Shown here in pieces: positions 19,530 through 28,368 of a stretch of DNA of 64,000 nucleotides. Numbering within the stretch: position 1 is the first letter of the stretch; every line of letters starts with the position of its first letter. Origin of the DNA: a bacterium (GTDB lineage: Bacteria > UBA8248 > JACPRG01 > G963555815); NCBI GenBank assembly GCA_965218795.1, contig OZ244653.1, positions 4,704,001-4,768,000 on the forward strand, read 5' to 3'. The notes below the pieces were generated by a model. The model worked only from the letters and a program-made list of their open reading frames with translations. It was not told where the DNA came from and ran no database searches. The position numbers and the translations under genes were made by a program.

Positions 19530-20885
19530 TTGAGTGACGTTCGGTCAGTTTGCAAGAAGGCGGGCGAAGCGTTTCTGACTCTTTCCCCTTTGGGGCCGGA
19601 CGTGCGCGATGCGGCGTTGGAGGCGATGGCGCGAGCCCTGGATCGAGGGGCCGAGGAGATCATGGCCGCCAATCAGGAGGATTGCAGCGACGCCGAAGCG
19701 GCCGTGAACTCAGGCGGCATGTCCCAAGCCGTCTTCAAGCGTCTTGCTCTCGATACGAGCAAGATACAGTCCATGGTGGAAAATATCCGCGCCGTACGAA
19801 ACCAGGACGATCCTCTTGGTGATTGCGATTACGCATGTCGCCTGGACGAGGGATTGGTGCTCCGCCGCGTGACCTGTCCCCTGGGGGTCATCGCCGCAAT
19901 TTTTGAAGCCCGCCCTGATGCGGTTCCCCAAATCGCCTCTCTCTGCTTGAAGTCCGGAAACGCCGTCATCCTCAAAGGTGGAAAGGAGGCGCTGCGGACC
20001 AATCGCGTGACCGCCCGTCTCCTGGATGAAGCCGCCGTGTCGGCCGGTATCCCGCCCGGAGCTCTTCAACTCCTGGAAGCCCGCGAAGAGGTCAGAGAGT
20101 TGCTGAGCATGGATGGGCTGGTGGATTTGGTCATTCCTCGGGGAAGCAATGCGTTTGTGCGATACATCCGCGACCATACACGGACACCTGTTCTCGGACA
20201 CGCGGACGGAATCTGTCACCTTTATGTGGATCGGGCCGTTGAACGATCCGATTCCTTTCAGGCCGCGATTGCGATCGTCCTGGATGCCAAGACGAATTAT
20301 CCGGCGGCATGCAACTCTATCGAGACGATGCTGGTTCATGAAGAAGTGGTGACTGAATTCCTACCCCCCGTGATTTCGGCTCTGGGAGAGGCGGACGTCG
20401 AGGTCAGGGGGTGTCCGAAGAGCCGTCAGATTGTCCCCGATGTGATCCCCGGCACTGATGAAGATTGGGATACGGAGTATTTGGATCTGGTCCTGTCGGT
20501 CCGGGTGGTGACGAATTTGGCGGAAGCCATTGGACACATCAATCGGCACGGCTCGAAGCATACAGATGGAATCGTGACGGAGGATCCGGAGGCGGCCGAG
20601 AAATTCTTGAGCGGGGTAGACGCTGCGAGCGTTCTATGGAATGCTTCCACCCGGTTTGCGGACGGGTACCGTTATGGACTGGGGGCGGAAGTCGGAATCA
20701 GCACTGAAAAACTTCATGCTCGCGGTCCAGTCGGACTTGAAGGGCTGGTGACTTACAAATACCAAGTCGTGGGTTCGGGTCACCGCGTCAGTGATTACAT
20801 GGGAGAGAACGCGCGGCCCTTCCAGCATACTTCACTGTCAGAAGATACCGATATCTTCTCGCAAGAGCTCCGGGCTTCCCGCTAG
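19530..20885 (+). CDS. proA: Gamma-glutamyl phosphate reductase
   Basis: PLGVIAAIFEARP, KSGNAVILKGGKEA, IPRGS, CNSIET, NASTRFADG, GISTEKLHARGPVGL. Confidence 0.95.
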   Translation: MSDVRSVCKKAGEAFLTLSPLGPDVRDAALEAMARALDRGAEEIMAANQEDCSDAEAAVNSGGMSQAVFKRLALDTSKIQSMVENIRAVRNQDDPLGDCDYACRLDEGLVLRRVTCPLGVIAAIFEARPDAVPQIASLCLKSGNAVILKGGKEALRTNRVTARLLDEAAVSAGIPPGALQLLEAREEVRELLSMDGLVDLVIPRGSNAFVRYIRDHTRTPVLGHADGICHLYVDRAVERSDSFQAAIAIVLDAKTNYPAACNSIETMLVHEEVVTEFLPPVISALGEADVEVRGCPKSRQIVPDVIPGTDEDWDTEYLDLVLSVRVVTNLAEAIGHINRHGSKHTDGIVTEDPEAAEKFLSGVDAASVLWNASTRFADGYRYGLGAEVGISTEKLHARGPVGLEGLVTYKYQVVGSGHRVSDYMGENARPFQHTSLSEDTDIFSQELRASR

Positions 20886-20894
20886 CATCCCCCA

Positions 20895-21377
20895 TCAGTC
20901 CGAGGCGAGTCGTTGAGGGTCAGGCCCCGGCAACCGGGAATCAACCTCTCTTTTGGGGAAGCAGATACGGTGGTCGAACCGAACGACCGCCCGGTACGTC
21001 AGGAAATAGGTCCGATTGAAACCTCGAGCATTCGTCATTTGATCCAACAGCAAATGGGAAAAGTGCCCCATGGCCACCCCCAATATCCATGGAGCATTTT
21101 GGAACGAGGCTGCCAAAATCAAGAGCACAGCCGAAATCTCAAAACCGTGAAGGAAAAGAAAGGCCGTCCCCGGAGTGTTGACGGGCCCCACTCCCAGGCG
21201 CGCCATCCGGCGGAAGGCTTCCCTCGGTCCCCAATGAAGCGCGAAATCCACAAAATGGTCCAGATCGATGGCCCACCCCGCTAGAAAAAAGGCTCCTCCA
21301 ATTTCCACCGATCCGGAGACCACGCCTACACCGATGCCGGCCGCTGCGGAAACCGTCATATGTCGTGCTGCATTCAT
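20895..21377 (-). CDS. Membrane protein, possible membrane-bound metal-dependent hydrolase
   Basis: N-terminal His, DLDH, LHGFE and HFSHLLLD motifs among hydrophobic segments. Confidence 0.6.
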   Translation of the reverse strand: MNAARHMTVSAAAGIGVGVVSGSVEIGGAFFLAGWAIDLDHFVDFALHWGPREAFRRMARLGVGPVNTPGTAFLFLHGFEISAVLLILAASFQNAPWILGVAMGHFSHLLLDQMTNARGFNRTYFLTYRAVVRFDHRICFPKREVDSRLPGPDPQRLASD

Positions 21378-21486
21378 GCACTCATTGTTCTCCTGGAATG
21401 CATGCAGTTCGATTGTGCATGATACGGCCGAAGCCGCCTATTGAATATCGAGGTAGGCACTTTCGACATTGAAGGAAAATAACAGT

Positions 21487-21729
21487 TCAACCCTCTCCAC
21501 GCAGTCTCTCCTTCTTCCATTTCTTCTTCAGATAATTCGTGATGAGGATTTCCATCATTTCCTCTGCATCTTCCTGATCATCGCCGATGCCATAAAAATC
21601 CCGTTCGATGGCGTTTTCCCCATCGTTCGGTTTCATCCCCTCATCGTACAGATTCGCCCACACCTCCCATCTTTCTTCGCTCTCGGAGAACCGCAATTCG
21701 ACGGCGCGACCCAAGATATCTTTTTCCAT
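21487..21729 (-). CDS. Small acidic hypothetical protein
   Basis: 80 aa, GGGAGAG RBS, protein-like composition; no motif recognised. Confidence 0.6.
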   Translation of the reverse strand: MEKDILGRAVELRFSESEERWEVWANLYDEGMKPNDGENAIERDFYGIGDDQEDAEEMMEILITNYLKKKWKKERLRGEG

Positions 21730-21789
21730 GGCTCTCCCTTCCCAAGGGCAGCGGGAATCTCAATCCTGATGAGACGCACCCTGGGTTCG

Positions 21790-22317
21790 CTACAGGTGAT
21801 CCGTCACAACCGCCCGGCAGGAGTCCGCGTTGGCCTTTGTCACACGGTCCACAACGGCTGACAAGGTGGCCCTGTCGATGCCCAATTGCCGCGCAGCATC
21901 CAATTGATCGCGGACGCCCGATTCGGCTCCTCGGGTGATGCTGACGGCCAGTCGGATGAGCAGTTCTTCGCGCTGCGTCAACGGGCCGATTTCCTCCGAT
22001 TCGGGAAGGATTTCCTCCGGTTCGGGAAGGATTTCATCCGGTTCCTCGTCCCATCCTGATGGAACGTCGGATTCCACCTCCCAGTTGCTCTCGTCTTGGT
22101 TCTCTTCGATATCGGAGCCGGCCGAGCGTACGTTGACCGCCTGTAACCCTTGGGGAAATTGTGCAACGTCAAACTCGACGATTTGATTCTCGTGCAGGTC
22201 GGCAAATTCGGTTTTGCGGAGTTTCGAGCAATGGAAGAAAAGATCCTCCCTGTTCGACGTCTCAATAAATCCAAATCCTCTATCGGTAATCAGCCGCTTG
22301 ATTCTTCCTTTTGACAT
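21790..22317 (-). CDS. Cold-shock domain protein fused to a CMD/AhpD-like helical domain
   Basis: RGFGFI (RNP1), LFFH (RNP2), QAVNV; acidic linker; LTQREELLIRLAVS..AARQLGI. Confidence 0.8.
   Translation of the reverse strand: MSKGRIKRLITDRGFGFIETSNREDLFFHCSKLRKTEFADLHENQIVEFDVAQFPQGLQAVNVRSAGSDIEENQDESNWEVESDVPSGWDEEPDEILPEPEEILPESEEIGPLTQREELLIRLAVSITRGAESGVRDQLDAARQLGIDRATLSAVVDRVTKANADSCRAVVTDHL
21990..22050 (-). repeat. Three imperfect 21-bp tandem repeats encoding EPDEILP/EPEEILP/ESEEI
   Basis: ATTTC(C/A)TCCG(A/G)TTC recurs at 21-nt spacing. Confidence 0.75.
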
Positions 22318-22532
22318 TGAATATGCATCCTTCTATCTGGCCCTGAAAATGAAATGGATCAGCCGATCCGCCCGCCAGTTGGACAGCCGTCCTCAAATCG
22401 GATAACTCATTGTTTGATGGGTTGCTGAGATCCATTTCAAAAATCGACCAAAGCTCAATGGGTGAAAACACAATTCTTACGGATAGCCCAGTAAAAGCTA
22501 AGCTGCCGAGTGTTTCCTCTGCCCGTCGAACG

Positions 22533-22718
22533 TTACATCTCAATCAGAGCCTTCTTGACGTTAAACAGCTTTCCATCCTCGTTCTTGATCAATACGAGAT
22601 CTCCCTCCCAGTCTTGAATAACGGTCACCTCCTCTCCCTCGCTGAATTCAACGGGTTCCGGGTCACCATCCTTGCCCATCCGAATGTAAGCTGTGAAGTC
22701 CTCTTTGACTGTGGCCAT
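22533..22718 (-). CDS. Small SH3-like beta-barrel hypothetical protein
   Basis: 61 aa, VEFSEGEEVTVIQDW..VLIKNEDGKLFNV; GAGGAG RBS. Confidence 0.6.
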   Translation of the reverse strand: MATVKEDFTAYIRMGKDGDPEPVEFSEGEEVTVIQDWEGDLVLIKNEDGKLFNVKKALIEM

Positions 22719-22963
22719 TCTGGCGAATCTCCTCGTCCAGCCGTCCGTCTCGACGAACGTCCGACGCTCTTCAAAAAATGTCAAACGACCTGAACAATCG
22801 ATTGGCCGAATCTGGATTCGGCCGATAACCCTTAATTTTTCTGAAATTATATCCGACTCCGACCGATCGTCAATACTGCAATGAGCGGTCGCCTTCCTTG
22901 GCTTCTATGGTGTTCGGCTTATTTCTCGGGCTTCTTCTTTCGTCCGACGTTTCCGGCGCCGTC

Positions 22964-23800
22964 TCAGGTCGCCCTGGGGTATTTGCGTTTCTCTGCAGGC
23001 CGATGCTTGCGTAGCGTTTCGATGAATTCGACTCCGTTATCAATGATTGCCTGCCACAGTTTCTCGCCCTTTTCCACTGTGGCGACGGTCGGGTCGCCAA
23101 TGTGAGATGGAGGGGTATAGAAGCTCTGATCGTCTGCCGTAATCGTGATGGGGATCCTGTCACCGGTGGCGAAGTGGTCATGGGAGAAGAATCGCGTTTC
23201 AAAGTGGAGATTGCCCCGGTGCTCAAAGGCCTTGTCCATTTGCACCAGTTCGGGGCGCCTGAAAAGCATGTGGGACGTCTCGAACTCTCCGCCATGCTGT
23301 CCTGCGCCGGGATTTTCGCAAACCTCTCTGTGGGTTGAAGATGCGATGATCAGAGGGTCGTATAAAGCAAACAAGACCTCCGGATGCTCTTGTTTGACGG
23401 TCTTGCTCGCAATCCCGATCACAGCGACGTTGGCCAGCCGGTGACCGTTGAACGTGATGATATTTTTGAATCCATGTTTGATGAGACTGCGGTAGATATC
23501 CTTGAGGAGATGAACCACCGTTTCCGGCTGAAGTGAGATTCCCGGTTTGTGCATGTGATGCTGAGCGTCTCCAAACCAATTCGGGGGCGTGCACAGGACA
23601 CCCGCCGCCTCCGCAATCCCTTCCGAGTAATCAATGGCCTCGAATCCGTCGACCCCGATGGGAAGATGCGGACCGTGCGGCTCGGTACTTCCGATGGGGA
23701 CGACAACGATGTCTTCCTGCTCCAGGTATTCGGCAATCTCCTCCCACGTCAGATCCTGCATCCAAATGGATTTGAGTTTCTTCTTGCGCGCGGCAGCCAT
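22964..23800 (-). CDS. Creatininase (creatinine amidohydrolase) family protein
   Basis: PIGSTEPHGPHLP.GVD, NGH, HGGEFETS, GDPTVAT.EKGE. Confidence 0.9.
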   Translation of the reverse strand: MAAARKKKLKSIWMQDLTWEEIAEYLEQEDIVVVPIGSTEPHGPHLPIGVDGFEAIDYSEGIAEAAGVLCTPPNWFGDAQHHMHKPGISLQPETVVHLLKDIYRSLIKHGFKNIITFNGHRLANVAVIGIASKTVKQEHPEVLFALYDPLIIASSTHREVCENPGAGQHGGEFETSHMLFRRPELVQMDKAFEHRGNLHFETRFFSHDHFATGDRIPITITADDQSFYTPPSHIGDPTVATVEKGEKLWQAIIDNGVEFIETLRKHRPAEKRKYPRAT

Positions 23801-23879
23801 TCGTTCTTTCCCCCTTTGCGGCAAAAGGCGTCCCAGTCGTTGAGTGGGTAGAAGGCAGGCGGGCCCAAGGACTCGGACT

Positions 23880-25682
23880 TCATGTCTTGGCCTCGATGTG
23901 CGGTCGTTCCTCACCGACTTTCAGCGGATCGATGGTCGTTACGGCGACGGGTTCAGTTCGGAGCGCGATAGCCCCATCCTCCGAGCGGCGAAGGTACGTA
24001 TTGCGCAGCCAGTTTTGCTGGTCCATCTCGATGAAATCGTCCCGGTGATGATTCCCCCGGCTTTCGGTCCGCTCCAATGCCGCGCGGGCCACCAACATGC
24101 AAGTGTCGAGCTGGTGCGGAAGGAGGAGAGCCGTCGCCCATTCCAGATTGAATCCCTTGGGCTTACTGTTGACCTTGGCCCGGGGAAGAAGCTCATGCTT
24201 CGTCTCGTCGAACCAATCCAGCGCGGCGCTGAGGTCCTTTTTGTTTCGAATGATGCCGACCTTTTCCCACATGGTTTCCTGCATCTTCTGTCGAATCCGA
24301 ATAGGGCTTGGACCCGAGGTTTCGCCGTCCTCCGTCCAGCGGAGAATCCGCCGGCGTTCCGCCTCCACCGCAGAAGCCGAGACGTCTTGACCTGGGTGAC
24401 GAGCGGCGTAGGCCGCCGCCTCCCGGCCGGCGATTCGTCCGAAGGCAAGAACATGCGTCAGGGCGTTCCCGCCCAGACGGTTTGCCCCGTGCACGCCGCC
24501 TTGAACTTCGCCGGCCGCGTACAGTCCCTGAACGTCCGACATCATATCCATCCCGGTCCGAACGCCTCCCCCCGTGAAATGCGCCTTGGCGCCCACCTCC
24601 ATGGGTTCTTTGGACAGATCGAACCCGATTCGCTCGCAGCGGACCTTATAACTTCTGGGTACGGACCTCCCGCCCTGGAATTTGTTGAACTCGTAGTCCA
24701 GGACGTCCGGGGGAACCGTCGTCAGATCCATGTAACATCCGCCGTGTGGAGAGCCCCGCCCATTCCGCACTTCGTTGTAAATGGCGAAAGAGCGCACGTC
24801 ACGTGTGGTGTTCCATTTTCGTATGTGGTCGTATGTGGAGAGAAAGTCTTCGTCCAAGGCGTTTTTGAACTTCCCGTGCTTTCGGATCTCGGGCCGCCAG
24901 CCGGGAAAATTCGTCAGGGTGGGATTGATGTGGGTGATGCGGGGGTCGACTTGGGACGGAACGAACTGGATGAATTCCATATCGACCATTTCCGCTCCTG
25001 CCTGAAATGCCATGCCGTGCACGTCGCCCCCGGTCTCGACCGCATTGGTCGTGAACCGGTATGGCCATAGGGTGGAGTAGCCGCCGGCGGCCAGTATGAC
25101 AGCCTTCGCCTTGAAAACCTTATATTCCCCGCTCTTCCAGTCCATCCCGGTTACGCCCGTAACCCTGCCGTCTTCCGTAACGAGACTGGAGACAAGAATG
25201 TTTTCCATCCAGGGGATATTGAGCCGGTCGATTTCTCTCCGGAGCGCCCACATAATGCGGGGACCGGTCATGAATCCGTAGTGAACGGAGCGCTTCCGGG
25301 AATGACCGCCGGGAGGCCAGATCAAGTCGAATCTCCCTTCCCGGTTCTTCCGGAAGGTCTGTCCGCCACCCCACTCATCCAACTCGTACAAGGTTTCAGG
25401 TGACTCTTGGGCATACAACTTGACGAGGCGCTGGTCGGACATGCAGTAGCCGCCGACCACGGTATCGTAAAAGTGTAGATCCGGGGTGTCGTCCTCGCCG
25501 ACCGCACCCGTACATGTATGACCCGCGGTGATGGTTCCACCGCTCCGGCCGAAGGTGCCCCGGTCGAGCACGAGGACTCGGGCGTTGCTTTTGGCGGCGT
25601 GAACGGCGGCTTCGCCCCCGGCTCCGCCAGAGCCGACGACAATGACGTCGGTCTCGATCGCATTCTGGGTCTTGGGGGTCAC
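23880..25682 (-). CDS. SdhA/FrdA/NadB-family flavoprotein, paralogue 2
   Basis: VVGSGGAG, AAGG, DMEFIQF, HFTGGG, HGANRLGGNAL, RTESRGNH. GTG start aligned with paralogue 1. Confidence 0.88.
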   Translation of the reverse strand: MTPKTQNAIETDVIVVGSGGAGGEAAVHAAKSNARVLVLDRGTFGRSGGTITAGHTCTGAVGEDDTPDLHFYDTVVGGYCMSDQRLVKLYAQESPETLYELDEWGGGQTFRKNREGRFDLIWPPGGHSRKRSVHYGFMTGPRIMWALRREIDRLNIPWMENILVSSLVTEDGRVTGVTGMDWKSGEYKVFKAKAVILAAGGYSTLWPYRFTTNAVETGGDVHGMAFQAGAEMVDMEFIQFVPSQVDPRITHINPTLTNFPGWRPEIRKHGKFKNALDEDFLSTYDHIRKWNTTRDVRSFAIYNEVRNGRGSPHGGCYMDLTTVPPDVLDYEFNKFQGGRSVPRSYKVRCERIGFDLSKEPMEVGAKAHFTGGGVRTGMDMMSDVQGLYAAGEVQGGVHGANRLGGNALTHVLAFGRIAGREAAAYAARHPGQDVSASAVEAERRRILRWTEDGETSGPSPIRIRQKMQETMWEKVGIIRNKKDLSAALDWFDETKHELLPRAKVNSKPKGFNLEWATALLLPHQLDTCMLVARAALERTESRGNHHRDDFIEMDQQNWLRNTYLRRSEDGAIALRTEPVAVTTIDPLKVGEERPHIEAKT

Positions 25683-25797
25683 CGGAGAGTTCTCCACACG
25701 CGCGCTCAATGGAGATGATCGCGGAACGAGACAGCGAGAAACGGTAAAACCGCTCATCTTCTGCAAAAGAAGAGCGGGGTTGGGGGGACTGACCCAA

Positions 25798-26160
25798 TCA
25801 GTCCGTGAATTCGTTCTGAGCGTATTCCGATCTTTCCATTTTTTCGCCGAATTCCACCACCAGGTCTCGGATCAGGCGATAGCGCGGTACGGGCTCGATC
25901 ACCATCCCTTCTTCCAGCGGGATCTGGCAGGAAAGGACGGATTTTCCATTGACCCGCATTTGACAGGTACGGCAGTCTTCAATTCGGCACGACCACCGGA
26001 CGGCGAGCGAATGGTCGATCTCCTCCTGAATGTAACGCAATCCGTCGAGGACCTTGATGCCCTCCCACCATGGAATCGTGAATTCCTGCAATCGGCCCTC
26101 GGTCTCTCCCGCGCCTGGATCCTGACGGTAGACCTTAAACTGTAATTTGCGGTCGCTCAT
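25798..26160 (-). CDS. Stand-alone 2Fe-2S protein (SdhB/FrdB N-terminal domain only)
   Basis: SCRIEDCRTC..VNG..VLSC and IRDLVV motifs; 120 aa; no 4Fe-4S/3Fe-4S motifs. Confidence 0.85.
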   Translation of the reverse strand: MSDRKLQFKVYRQDPGAGETEGRLQEFTIPWWEGIKVLDGLRYIQEEIDHSLAVRWSCRIEDCRTCQMRVNGKSVLSCQIPLEEGMVIEPVPRYRLIRDLVVEFGEKMERSEYAQNEFTD

Positions 26161-27928
26161 GGATGACCTCCTTCGGGTCAATTGTCGTGACATGCAGAGG
26201 TTCCGTCCGGAGTTCCACGGCTCCACTGTCGCCCCGGCGCAGATAGACGTTTCTCAGCCAATTTTCATTATCTATGGCCAGATGGTCGTCTCGATGGTGA
26301 TTTCCACGGCTTTCCGTCCGCTCCAGCGCCGCACGGGCGACCAACATGCAGGTGTCGAGCTGATGGGGAAGGGTGACGGCCGTTGCCCATTCCCAGTTGA
26401 AGGGCAGGGGTTTGGATTCGATCCTGGCTCGCGGCAGCAAATCATTTTTCGCCTCGGCGAACCAATCCATCGCGGACTTCAAGTCGGTTTCGTTCCGGAT
26501 CACCCCTACCTTTTCCCACATGATTTCCTGCATTCTCTGACGGAGGCGAATCGGGCTTTCACCCTTTCCGCTTCCGTCCATCCAGCCGAAAACCCGCTGA
26601 TGTTCCTCGTCCACTTTGGCGTCGATGACCTTTGGCGAAGGCGCCTTGGCGGTGTAAGCCGCTGCTTCCCGTCCGGCCACGCGCCCAAAGGCGGCCACAT
26701 GAGTGAGGGCGTTGCCGCCCAAGCGGTTTGCGCCGTGTAAGCCGCCCTGGGTCTCGCCCGCCGCGTATAAGCCTTCGACGGTCGACATCATGTCCACGCC
26801 CGTCTGCACCCCCCCGCCGGTGAAGTGAGACTTGGTTCCTACCTCCATCGGCTCCTTGGAAAGGTCGAATCCCACCCTCTCGCAACGGACGCGGTAACTC
26901 TTGGGAATCGATTTTCCACCTTGGAACTTGTCGAATTCGTAAATGAGGATGTCTCGCGGTACAGGCGTCAGGTCCATGTAACAGCCGCCGTGGGGCGAGC
27001 CAAGACCGGCCCGGACCTCGCTGTAAATGCCGAAGGAGCGAATGTCCCGCGTGGTGTTCCAGGATCGGACATCATCGTACTTCGCGAGAAAGTCCTCCCC
27101 CTTTGAGTTCAGAAATCTTCCGTGTTCCCGAATTTTCGGTCGCCACCCCGGGAAATTCGTGAGCGTGACATTGATGTGCGTAATCCTTGGATCCACCTGG
27201 GAGGGGAGAAACTGGACGAACTCCATGTCGACCATGTCCGCGCCCACTTCATAAGCCATTCCGTGAACGTCGCCTCCGCACTCGACGGCCGTGGTCGTGA
27301 ACCGGAGGGGCCAGAGGGTGGCGTATCCGCCGGCCGCCAGGATGACCGCTTTGGCTTTAAAGACCAGAAACTCTCCGGTCTTCCAGTCCAGTCCGGTCAC
27401 GCCCCCGACCTTCCCATCCTCGACGAGGATGCTGGTGACCAGGATGTTCTCCATCCATGGCACGGCCATTCGGTCGATCTCTCTGCGAAGGGCCCACATG
27501 ATCCGCGGGCCGGTCATGAACCCATAGTGAACCGATCGCTTGCGGGAATGTCCCCCGGGAGGCCAGATCAGATCGAATTTTCCATCCTTGTCCTTCCGGA
27601 AGGTCTTGCCCCCGCCCCACTCATCCAATTCGTAAAGCGTCTCAGGGGATTCCTTCGCGTAGAGATCGACAAGTCGCTGATCGGGAATGCAATAACCTCC
27701 GATGACGGTGTCGCGGAAATGCAATTCGGTCGTGTCATCATCTCCGACCGCCGCCGTGCAGGTATGGCCGGCCGTGATGGTCGCTCCGCTTCGGCCGAAA
27801 GTGCCCCGGTCCAGGATCAGCACCTTCGCTCCGTTTTTTTGGGCATGGATGGCCGCTTCACCACCCGCGCCGCCGGATCCGACGACAATGACGTCCGTAT
27901 CGATGGTACGTTGGGATTTCAGGTTCAC
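26135..27928 (-). CDS. SdhA/FrdA/NadB-family flavoprotein, paralogue 1
   Basis: Same motifs as paralogue 2, with long identical peptide stretches; AGGAG RBS. Confidence 0.88.
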   Translation of the reverse strand: MNLKSQRTIDTDVIVVGSGGAGGEAAIHAQKNGAKVLILDRGTFGRSGATITAGHTCTAAVGDDDTTELHFRDTVIGGYCIPDQRLVDLYAKESPETLYELDEWGGGKTFRKDKDGKFDLIWPPGGHSRKRSVHYGFMTGPRIMWALRREIDRMAVPWMENILVTSILVEDGKVGGVTGLDWKTGEFLVFKAKAVILAAGGYATLWPLRFTTTAVECGGDVHGMAYEVGADMVDMEFVQFLPSQVDPRITHINVTLTNFPGWRPKIREHGRFLNSKGEDFLAKYDDVRSWNTTRDIRSFGIYSEVRAGLGSPHGGCYMDLTPVPRDILIYEFDKFQGGKSIPKSYRVRCERVGFDLSKEPMEVGTKSHFTGGGVQTGVDMMSTVEGLYAAGETQGGLHGANRLGGNALTHVAAFGRVAGREAAAYTAKAPSPKVIDAKVDEEHQRVFGWMDGSGKGESPIRLRQRMQEIMWEKVGVIRNETDLKSAMDWFAEAKNDLLPRARIESKPLPFNWEWATAVTLPHQLDTCMLVARAALERTESRGNHHRDDHLAIDNENWLRNVYLRRGDSGAVELRTEPLHVTTIDPKEVIHERPQITV

Positions 27929-28368
27929 GGGGGATGACTCCTGCTAATGGAAGTAGCCGTGTAGCGATGCGATCGTGGAGAAAGGCATTCAAAAATTTCC
28001 AGGCGATGAGCGCGTCATGATGAATCGAATCGGAAAATGTCTCCATGCGATTGATAAACAAAAGGCGGCCAGGGGGAAAACCCACTCCCTATTCTCCCAC
28101 AAGGGCCGAACATTGACAATTCGGCGGAAGCTTCAATAGATTGGCCGGACACCCGAGGCGCCGCATGGAGGAGGGACGGACTTTTTGTTATCAAGCCGCT
28201 TTCCCGGGACCCATGGCGGCAGCGACGACAGGGTAACAATCCGTCAATGGGTGAGATCTTGGCCAAAACTCCGGGAAGAGCGCGGACTGTCTGAAGAGGG
28301 GGGATGCCGGCATTCTGTCGGCGAATCTTGACTTGTATCTCGACAGCGCTTCTTAGAGAAGGGCGCGT

